This document shows, piece after piece, positions 25,373 through 32,000 of a DNA stretch of 32,000 bases. A program made the position numbers and the translations under genes. The stretch covers positions 2,400,001 to 2,432,000 of the forward strand of contig NZ_CP066019.1 in the NCBI RefSeq assembly GCF_016127575.1, in the 5' to 3' direction. The number at the start of each line of letters is the position of its first letter. The first letter of the stretch is position 1. The notes under the pieces are model-generated. The model was not told the origin of the DNA. It saw only the letters and a list, made by a program, of their open reading frames with translations, and did no database searches. The DNA is from Cupriavidus necator (GTDB taxonomy: Bacteria > Pseudomonadota > Gammaproteobacteria > Burkholderiales > Burkholderiaceae).

Positions 25373-28214
25373 GGTTCGGATCGGTGACGGGTGCGGTATC
25401 CACGCGCAGCGTGTTGCGCTCGCGGACGGCCTGTACGGGCTTGCCATCGACGCTCACACGGCAGTTGCCGGCGTTGGCAAGACGGAAGAATGGCTTGAAG
25501 TAGCCGCTGAAGGCGAAGCGCGTGACGCCATCGCGCTGCGACCATTCGCGTACGATGCCGTTGGCTTCGGCCAGCTGCGGCGCGGCCGGGGCGGTGACTG
25601 TGTCGCGCACGGCGAAGCGCGCATCGCCGCCATCCAGGTGCAGGTAGACGCCGCCGCCCGGTGCCGGCGAGGTGCCGGTCACGCCGTGCGCCGCGCCCAC
25701 GTCGGGCATGCCCGCGCCGCTCCAGCGCAGGTTGCGCAGGTTGCCGTCGCCGCGCACGATCCATTCAGCACCGGTGCCGCCCGGCTGGCCGTCGCCCACA
25801 TCCCGCGCCACGGCCATGTCCTGCCAGTCGAGCACCTTGCGCACGTAGTCGGTGGAGTGCAGCGGCAGCAGCGGCTGCGCCAGCACATAGTCATAGACCT
25901 TGCGCAGCGCCTTCAGCGACGCGGCCTTGGTGCCCGAATAGCTGTGGTAGTAGATATTGACCGGCTTGAAGCGATAAGGCTTGTCGGTCAGCTCGTAGGT
26001 CTCGATCACGCGCTCGAAGCCGTAGAACGGGCCGTGCCAGAGGTTGGTGTAGACGTTCTCGTTCTGGTTGGGCGCAAACACCTGGAAGGTGCCGCCGGGC
26101 TTGTTGATGCCTAGCGGCGCGATCGCGATCCAGCTCGGGTTGCTGCGCGTGATCAGCGTATCGCCGCCGTTCATGTTGAGCACGCGCGCCTTCTCGGTGA
26201 GCCGCAGCGCCTCGGCCGGCGGCTGGCAGTCGCCCGACCACAGCAGCATGCTGACCGGCTTGCCGGCCGGCGCCAGCGTGCGGTTGATGTAGTCGATGGA
26301 GCCGCCGATCTCGCGGTTCAGGTCCATGCTGTAGCCGGGGATGCTCAGGTGGAAGGCCTCGTCGCCCTCGACCACCGCGGCGCCGCTGGATTGCGTTGGC
26401 TGCCCTGGCTGGGCCGGCACGGTGCGCGACCACTCGAACGGATGCGAGAAGGTATGGCTGGCCACCTCGACATAGGGCTGCGCGAAGATCTTGCGCGCGA
26501 TCGGCTCAAGCTCGGCGCTGAGCCTGGGGTACATGCCGTCCTTGCTGACTTCGCCCTGGATCACCGACATCGTCATCGGCAGCCGGTAGCGGTCGAAGAT
26601 CTCGCGGAACAGCACCTCGCCGGAGAAGCCGCCGCCGGGAATCTCGGCGCGCGAGGCAAAGCCGTCGCCGTCGATATGGATGGTCAGCAGGCGCCGGCCG
26701 TTCTCGGTGGTGACATCGGGCACGGGCATGGCGGGCAGGCGCAGCGCCGCGCGCAGGAAGTCCAGCGGCTGCACCACCCAGCGGCTCTGGCCGTTGCCGT
26801 TGCCGCTCTGGCGCACCGCATACGGCCCCAGCACATAGCCGCCCCACGGCGTGATCGCGGCGGCGTCATAGGTCAGCGTGCCCGAACGCAGGCGCAGCAG
26901 CGAACGGTAGCCGGCGCCGTCCGGCACCTGGATCGCTTCGGCCTGGGTGCGGTCGGGGGCCACCGGCATCTCGAAGCCCATCATCCGGTCCTTGGCCAGC
27001 ACCTCGACCGGGCCCGACACGCGGCCCTTGACTGCCTTCAGCCCGAAGCTGCGCGCCACCGTGCCGCTCACGCTGGTGCCGAAGTCGTTGAGGAACACCA
27101 CCGGCATGCCCTGCGCCATGCGCGCCTGCACCCAGGCATGGAAGCGTCCCGGCTGCGCCGTGACATTGCCTGACAGGTACACCACCACGCCGGCGTAGCG
27201 GTCCGGCCCGATCTCGGGCAGGTCCTCGCTGGTCTCGGCGAAATCCACGCGATAGCCAAGGTAGTTGAGCGGCATCGAGACAAAGCGCACACCCTCGGAA
27301 TCATCGATCGACACCCCGGGGCGGCGCTCCTGCACTACCAGCACGCGCCGGGGCAGCACCTCGACCTTGCCGATGCCGACCGTCTGCAGCCCGGGATCGG
27401 CCACATAGGGCGTGATCCCCAGCGCGCGGATGCGCTGCGCGGTTTCGCGTGCGCAGCGGCGGTCCGCCGGCGGACAATAATCGATCGAGATCACCGGCAG
27501 GCGGTATTGCTCGCGGATGGTGCGCGCCTGCGCCAGCAGCCAGTCGCGGTCAGCCTGCGCAACGTCGACATAGCGGCCCTGGGCCTGGTTCCAGCCGCGG
27601 AACAGCGACTCGAAGGCAACGGCATAGGCCAGGTCATGCACCTGCGGCAGGATCTCGAAGCCGCGGTTGAAGACCAGGCGCGCCTCGGGGTAGCGCGCCT
27701 TGATCGCGCGGATCACGCGCACCAGCCCCGCTTCCTGCCGTGCGCGCTCGGCGTCGGTCCTGGCGGCAAGCTGGTAGGAATCGAGGGTATCGAGGAAAAA
27801 GCCACGGAAGCCGCGCTGCCACAGCGGCGCGATCACCTTGTCGACATAGAAGGCGGGCCAGCCGTCGGCTGCCTGGTCGATGACCGGCGCGTTCCAGGCG
27901 TCATTGCGCCCGACGAACCAGGCCTTGGGGATGTCCTTGAAGTAGGCGCGGCTCTCCAGCACCTCGCCCACGCTGACATAGGCAAACCAGGCCGTGGCCG
28001 GCGTCGCCGCCTGGCGCGGGTCGAAGCCGCTGTCGGGCTCGACCACGGCGATGTCGAAGGCTTGCAGAGCGTCAACCGGCGGCTTGGCGCCGTAGTGCAA
28101 GGCGATCGACGGCATGGATGGCGCCTGCGCCGCGGGCGCCGGCGCGGCCGCAGCCGTCGCCGCCCCGAGGGCCAGCGCCAGCGCGATGCCTTGCACCCGC
28201 TGCGCCATGCGCAT
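25335..28214 (-). CDS. pelA: PelA (periplasmic glycoside hydrolase / CE4 polysaccharide deacetylase)
   Basis: The signal peptide is MRMAQRVQGIALALALGAATAAAAP. The CE4-type metal motifs are IHIDGDGF and ASHTFSHPFEW (H-[ST]-x-x-H). It is about 960 aa and is the first gene of the operon. Alternative starts are ATG 28208 and GTG 28283 (SD GAGGAAG). Confidence 0.9.
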   Translation of the reverse strand: MRMAQRVQGIALALALGAATAAAAPAPAAQAPSMPSIALHYGAKPPVDALQAFDIAVVEPDSGFDPRQAATPATAWFAYVSVGEVLESRAYFKDIPKAWFVGRNDAWNAPVIDQAADGWPAFYVDKVIAPLWQRGFRGFFLDTLDSYQLAARTDAERARQEAGLVRVIRAIKARYPEARLVFNRGFEILPQVHDLAYAVAFESLFRGWNQAQGRYVDVAQADRDWLLAQARTIREQYRLPVISIDYCPPADRRCARETAQRIRALGITPYVADPGLQTVGIGKVEVLPRRVLVVQERRPGVSIDDSEGVRFVSMPLNYLGYRVDFAETSEDLPEIGPDRYAGVVVYLSGNVTAQPGRFHAWVQARMAQGMPVVFLNDFGTSVSGTVARSFGLKAVKGRVSGPVEVLAKDRMMGFEMPVAPDRTQAEAIQVPDGAGYRSLLRLRSGTLTYDAAAITPWGGYVLGPYAVRQSGNGNGQSRWVVQPLDFLRAALRLPAMPVPDVTTENGRRLLTIHIDGDGFASRAEIPGGGFSGEVLFREIFDRYRLPMTMSVIQGEVSKDGMYPRLSAELEPIARKIFAQPYVEVASHTFSHPFEWSRTVPAQPGQPTQSSGAAVVEGDEAFHLSIPGYSMDLNREIGGSIDYINRTLAPAGKPVSMLLWSGDCQPPAEALRLTEKARVLNMNGGDTLITRSNPSWIAIAPLGINKPGGTFQVFAPNQNENVYTNLWHGPFYGFERVIETYELTDKPYRFKPVNIYYHSYSGTKAASLKALRKVYDYVLAQPLLPLHSTDYVRKVLDWQDMAVARDVGDGQPGGTGAEWIVRGDGNLRNLRWSGAGMPDVGAAHGVTGTSPAPGGGVYLHLDGGDARFAVRDTVTAPAAPQLAEANGIVREWSQRDGVTRFAFSGYFKPFFRLANAGNCRVSVDGKPVQAVRERNTLRVDTAPVTDPNHARQQVEVRCAG

Positions 28215-28480
28215 CCCTACCCACCCCGATCGGAACGGCATGCGGCCGCCCCGGTTCCCTTGTGCTTCCTCCAGCTGCTTCACAGGCTTACTTCCTCTTG
28301 TCTGCGCACGCCGGCAAGTGCCTCACGCACGACATTCCCTGAGGCGGTCGCTGCCGCCTTGTGTCCGACTGTGGATCTCAGAATCGGAAAAATCTGATGG
28401 TATCCGGAAACGAATGCTAGGACAGACGCATGGATCACATTGTCAACAATTGTCCCAACACTGAGACATTGAGCCGGCTC

Positions 28481-28494
28481 GCGCGTTAACGCGC
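28481..28494. promoter_or_regulatory. Perfect 14-bp palindrome upstream of pelA
   Basis: GCGCGTTAACGCGC is read directly from the sequence. It lies about 270 nt upstream of the pelA ATG. Its function is unknown. Confidence 0.3.
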
Positions 28495-28544
28495 GCCACC
28501 GTGCTGCGGGCGCACGTCAGCCGCGCTTGCGGTACGGCGGGCGC

Positions 28545-28564
28545 GGCTCGGCTCGGCTCGGCTC
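28545..28564. repeat. Pentanucleotide tandem repeat (GGCTC)x4
   Basis: ggctcggctcggctcggctc is read directly from the sequence, in the pelA upstream region. Confidence 0.9.
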
Positions 28565-29030
28565 AAATGCAAACAACGAAAACAGTCCAGGTCCCGTGCG
28601 CGACGGGTGGTGGGGCTGTCCGCAACCGAAATTCCGGACAGCTAGGTTTGAAACGCCATGATGGATTCCCCGTTCCGAGCTTTTATGTATGGGCCCGCAT
28701 ACAGTGGGCGCGCTCATGTATGTCTGTGCACGACGCGAGCGCGGCCACCGGCCTGGCCTTTATTGTCAGCATAATGATATATCCGGGCCGCGCCGGCTTC
28801 CCCCGAACGCGGTAGGGATTGGGTGCCGTAAGAATTTGTAAAAAAGATGGCACGCCCATGCACCGGACGACCGCCATTATGCACGGCGGTGTGGCATCGC
28901 GCTCGCTGGCGGTGCACGCACAACCAAACCCGCGATAAAAAAATCAGGGAATTCACTGAACTGAAGCTGAAGTAGAAAACGCTAATATCTCCTATCGGAA
29001 CCTCTCATCATGATTAGGCGCTTAGCCTGA

Positions 29031-29058
29031 TTGACACGCCGGGAAAATTCGGCAGAAT
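29031..29058 (+). promoter_or_regulatory. Candidate sigma70 promoter for the cold-shock gene, implying a ~190-nt 5' UTR
   Basis: TTGACA (29031-29036), a 16-nt spacer, then CAGAAT (29053-29058). Long structured leaders are typical of cspA-family genes. A hairpin CGTGAC...GTCACG lies at about 29110-29131. Confidence 0.5.
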
Positions 29059-29256
29059 GATTCCCACTTGTGCAGCGCCCATGCGGTGTGTCTTTTGGTG
29101 TTGTCGTTCCGTGACGTTTTCGGTTGTCACGACAGCGACATATCGAAGTCATATGGAATGCGCTGGCGGGGAACATAAAAAGGATCCGCTGGGTGCGTTG
29201 CACACGGTGTATAACGAGCGTTTTCGCTCATTTTGAAATTCAAGGTTGAGATAGAT

Positions 29257-29460
29257 ATGGAAACCGGTACCGTTAAGTGGTTCAACGACGCCAAGGGCTT
29301 CGGCTTCATCACGCCGGATGAAGGCGGCAACGATCTGTTCGCGCACTTCTCCGCAATCGAAGGCAATGGCTTCAAGTCGTTGAAGGAAGGCCAGAAGGTA
29401 CGCTACGTCAAGGCCATGGGCCAGAAGGGCGAGCAAGCCACCAAGATTCAGGCCCTCTGA
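29257..29460 (+). CDS. cspA: Cold-shock protein, CspA family (67 aa)
   Basis: [34 protein letters not shown] contains the RNP1 (KGFGFI) and RNP2 (LFAHF) motifs. I chose ATG 29257 rather than the TTG-initiated ORF-track start at 29233. Confidence 0.95.
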   Translation: METGTVKWFNDAKGFGFITPDEGGNDLFAHFSAIEGNGFKSLKEGQKVRYVKAMGQKGEQATKIQAL

Positions 29461-29502
29461 TACCGGTGGATTCCGGGCCGGTCCAGCGGACCGGCCGGAA
29501 GG

Positions 29503-29537
29503 AAAGCCCCGCAGCTTCGGCGCGGGGCTTTTTTTAT
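29503..29537 (+). terminator. Rho-independent terminator of cspA
   Basis: The stem is AAAGCCCCGC (29503-29512) / GCGGGGCTTT (29522-29531), followed by a T-run to 29537. A second GC hairpin lies just upstream at about 29471-29500. Confidence 0.85.
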
Positions 29538-29589
29538 TGGCGCGCCGGCACCGGGGCCGCCGCTGCGGCAGTCTTGCGACGAGTGAAAT

Positions 29590-29598
29590 TGCTATAAT
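29590..29598 (+). promoter_or_regulatory. Extended -10 promoter (TGcTATAAT) upstream of hpnD
   Basis: A perfect TATAAT at 29593-29598 is preceded by TG at 29590-29591. The nearest -35-like hexamer, TTGCGA (29574-29579), is only 13 nt away, so this is likely an extended -10 type promoter. Confidence 0.5.
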
Positions 29599-29688
29599 CT
29601 GCCGACCCACAACCGCCCTCCCGCCAGTGGGCGCGCACGGATGCTGCGCGATCAGTGCGGGACGGTATGCAGCGTGTCGAGGAGTTAC

Positions 29689-30558
29689 GTGGCCGGTACT
29701 CAAATCGCAACGCAAGACACCCCTGTCGCCGCCGACCATGGCAGCCAGGCGGGCCCGGCGGCCTCGGCCGGCAGTTCCTTCCATGCCGCGCTGCGCATCC
29801 TGCCGCCAGCGCAGCGCCAGGCCATGTTCGAGATCTATGCGTTCTGCCGCGCGGTCGACGACATCGCCGACGGCAACGCACCGCGCGCCGAGCGCCTTGC
29901 CGCACTCGATGCCTGGCGCCACGACATCGCCGCCTGCTACACCGGCAATCCGCCTCGCGCCCTGCAGCCGCTGAGCGCGCAGATCCGCGCCTTCGACCTG
30001 CAGCAGCAGGATTTCCTCGCCGTGATCGACGGCATGACCATGGACGTGGTGCAGGACATCCGCGCCCCCGACGCGGCCACCCTCGACCTGTATTGCGATC
30101 GCGTCGCCAGCGCTGTCGGCCGGCTGGCGGTGCGCGTGTTCGGCCTGGAAGAAGCGTGCGGCATCGCGCTCGCGCACCACCTGGGCCGCGCACTGCAGCT
30201 GACCAATATCCTGCGCGATATCGACGAAGACGCTGCCATCGGCCGGCTCTACCTGCCGGCGGAAGCGCTGGCCGCGGCCGGCATCGGCGCGGACACGCCC
30301 CAGGCCGTGGTGGCCCACCCCGCCGTCGGCCAGGCCTGCGCGGCCGTGGCGCGCGAGGCCCAGGCGCACTACGACCAGGCCTACGCCATCATGGCGCGCT
30401 GCCCGTCGCGGCAGGTGCGCTCGCCGCGCATCATGGCCGAGGTCTACCACCGCATCCTGGCGCGGCTGCGCACGCAGGGCTGGCGCGCGCCGCGCCAGCG
30501 CGTGCGCCTGCCGCGCGCCCAATTGCTCTGGATCTTGCTGCGCCACGCCATTGGCTGA
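29689..30558 (+). CDS. hpnD: Presqualene diphosphate synthase HpnD (squalene/phytoene synthase family)
   Basis: GSSFHAALRILPPAQRQAMFEIYAFCRAVDDIADG is the first Asp-rich motif, in an HpnD-like context. The second motif is LQLTNILRDIDEDAAIGRLYLP. I prefer GTG 29689 (SD GAGGAG at 29679-29684). ATG 29641 is the alternative. Confidence 0.8.
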   Translation: MAGTQIATQDTPVAADHGSQAGPAASAGSSFHAALRILPPAQRQAMFEIYAFCRAVDDIADGNAPRAERLAALDAWRHDIAACYTGNPPRALQPLSAQIRAFDLQQQDFLAVIDGMTMDVVQDIRAPDAATLDLYCDRVASAVGRLAVRVFGLEEACGIALAHHLGRALQLTNILRDIDEDAAIGRLYLPAEALAAAGIGADTPQAVVAHPAVGQACAAVAREAQAHYDQAYAIMARCPSRQVRSPRIMAEVYHRILARLRTQGWRAPRQRVRLPRAQLLWILLRHAIG

Positions 30559-30617
30559 GCGCTGCCCCCGATGCATGCCGGGCGCGGCCGCGCCGTGCGC
30601 CGGCACAAGGAGTCTGC

Positions 30618-32000
30618 ATGTCGATGAACGAGACCGCCTTTGCCACGGCAGTGCCACGGATTGCGCCGGCCAGCGCGGGGGACAGCCCCGCGCCGCGCGA
30701 CGCCGCGCAGGCATTGGACCAGGGCATCGGCCGCGCGATCGACGCGCTGCTGCACCAGCAGCGCCCCGACGGCCACTGGGTCTACGAACTGGAAGCCGAC
30801 GCCACCATTCCCGCCGAATACGTGCTGATGGTGCACTACCTCGGCGAAGCCCCGGACCTGGAGCTTGAAGCCCGCCTGGCCCGCTACCTGCGCCGCATCC
30901 AGAATCCCGATGGCGGCTGGCCGCTGTTCCATGAAGGCCGCTCCGACGTCAGCGCCAGCGTAAAGGCCTATTTCGCGCTGAAGATGGCCGGCGACGACCC
31001 CCAGGCCGCGCATATGCAGCGCGCGCGCCGGGCCGTCCACGCGCTGGGCGGCGCCGAGGCCAGCAATGTATTCACGCGCACGCTGCTGGCCCTGTACGGC
31101 GTGATGCCATGGTTGGCGGTGCCGATGATGCCGGTCGAGATCATGCTGCTGCCGCAGTGGTTTCCGTTCCACCTGTCCAAGGTCTCGTACTGGGCGCGCA
31201 CGGTGATCGTGCCGCTGCTGGTGCTGAACAGCCTGCGCCCGCAGGCGCGCAACCCGCGCGGGGTCGGCATCAATGAGCTGTTCGTCGGCAACTGCCATAC
31301 GGTGGGGCTGCCGCCGCGCGCGGCGCACCAGCACGCCGGCTGGTACACGGTGTTCCGCGGCCTGGACGCGCTGCTGCGCGTGGCCGAGCCGCTCGTCCCG
31401 CGCACGCTGCGCCGGCGCGCCATTGCCGCGGCGCAGGCCTTCGTGCGCGAGCGGCTCAACGGCGAGGACGGCCTGGGCGCCATCTTCCCGGCAATGGCCA
31501 ACAGCGTGATGATGTTCGACGTGCTGGGCGTGCCGCCCGACGATCCGGCACGCGCGCTGGCGCGGCAATCCGTCGAGCGGCTGCTGGTCGAGCACGGCGA
31601 CGAAGCCTATTGCCAGCCCTGCCTGTCGCCGGTGTGGGATACCGCGCTGGCCGCGCACGCGCTGCTGGAAACCGGCGAGGCACGCGCGACGGCCGCGGCC
31701 GGGCGCGGCCTGGACTGGCTCAGGCCGCTGCAAGTGCTGGACGTGCGCGGCGACTGGGCCGTGCGCCGCCCCCTGGTGCGCCCCGGCGGCTGGGCCTTCC
31801 AGTACGCCAATGCCTATTACCCGGACGTGGACGACACCGCCGTGGTGGCCGCCGCGATGAACCGCTACATGCGCGCGCACGATGTGCCGGGCCGCTATGA
31901 CGAAGCCGTGGCGCGCGCCGCCGAGTGGATCGTCGGCATGCAGGGCGGCGACGGCGGCTGGGGCGCGTTCGAGCCCGAGAACACGCATCTCTACCTGAAC
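30618..32000 (+). CDS. shc: Squalene-hopene cyclase, 5' portion (461 codons; continues past the window)
   Basis: This ORF is not in the ORF track because it is open-ended. I translated it by hand from ATG 30618 (SD AAGGAG at 30607-30612). It reads MSMNETAF...QQRPDGHWVYELEADATIPAEYVLMVHYLG...IQNPDGGWPLF...GGWAFQYANAYYPDVDDTAVV. The catalytic DVDDTA lies at 31824-31841, and QW-type repeats are present. Confidence 0.93.
   Translation, partial: MSMNETAFATAVPRIAPASAGDSPAPRDAAQALDQGIGRAIDALLHQQRPDGHWVYELEADATIPAEYVLMVHYLGEAPDLELEARLARYLRRIQNPDGGWPLFHEGRSDVSASVKAYFALKMAGDDPQAAHMQRARRAVHALGGAEASNVFTRTLLALYGVMPWLAVPMMPVEIMLLPQWFPFHLSKVSYWARTVIVPLLVLNSLRPQARNPRGVGINELFVGNCHTVGLPPRAAHQHAGWYTVFRGLDALLRVAEPLVPRTLRRRAIAAAQAFVRERLNGEDGLGAIFPAMANSVMMFDVLGVPPDDPARALARQSVERLLVEHGDEAYCQPCLSPVWDTALAAHALLETGEARATAAAGRGLDWLRPLQVLDVRGDWAVRRPLVRPGGWAFQYANAYYPDVDDTAVVAAAMNRYMRAHDVPGRYDEAVARAAEWIVGMQGGDGGWGAFEPENTHLYLN

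Noticed and set aside
28848-28862. The sigma54-like element TGGCACGCCCATGCA on the plus strand.
   Set aside because: The GG-to-GC spacing is one nucleotide short of the canonical TGGCAC-N5-TTGC. The second T of the -12 element is missing. The site also lies about 400 nt from the nearest downstream gene (cspA), which already has a good sigma70 promoter.
28501-28956. Short ORFs in the pelA-cspA intergenic region: 28501-28815 (+), 28517-28717 (-), 28683-28877 (-), 28714-28956 (-) and 28982-29203 (-).
   Set aside because: They have non-ATG or unsupported starts, no SD sequences, implausible composition (Cys/His/Arg-rich), mutual overlap and no recognisable domains. I treat the region as non-coding.
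1-32000. I searched by eye for tRNA/rRNA genes, CRISPR arrays, IS inverted repeats or transposases, integrases, toxin-antitoxin pairs and phage-defence genes.
   Set aside because: None was recognised. There are no regularly spaced repeats, no transposase/integrase-like ORFs and no cloverleaf-like conserved tRNA motifs. Absence is judged by eye only and should be confirmed with tRNAscan-SE, Infernal, ISfinder and DefenseFinder.

Overview
The window is a high-GC (roughly two-thirds G+C by eye) proteobacterial segment. Its gene content looks like Cupriavidus/Ralstonia-type Burkholderiales, but that is inference only. From left to right it contains the following.

- **Copper resistance (1-2368):** the 5' end of a divergently transcribed Tat-signal gene (probably copA) and a heavy-metal two-component pair (copR/copS-like).
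- **Amine/glutamate-type catabolic cluster (2358-9896):** a LysR regulator, a DAO-family FAD oxidoreductase, an XRE-cupin regulator, a glutamine-synthetase-like ligase and a three-piece glutamate-synthase-like enzyme (GATase-II, GXGXG, FMN subunit). This resembles the gamma-glutamylamide/N-methylglutamate pathway genes gmaS + mgsABC.
- **One 18 kb minus-strand block (10078-28283):** a complete pelABCDEFG exopolysaccharide operon. It is followed co-directionally by an uncharacterised three-gene signalling module: an OmpR-type response regulator, a secreted LysM-FecR-3xFN3 protein and a CHASE2 sensor histidine kinase. I consider this module, and its physical linkage to pel, the best candidate for an undescribed system here.
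- **Low-GC non-coding region (28284-29256):** about 1 kb with several repeats, palindromes and hairpins.
- **Right end (29257-32000):** a cspA-family cold-shock gene with a long leader and a strong terminator, then hpnD and the 5' part of squalene-hopene cyclase (shc, DVDDTA motif seen).

I recognised no tRNA, rRNA, CRISPR array or IS/transposase. The many long ORFs antisense to these genes are high-GC shadow ORFs. All family assignments rest on motif recognition by eye, and no searches were run.
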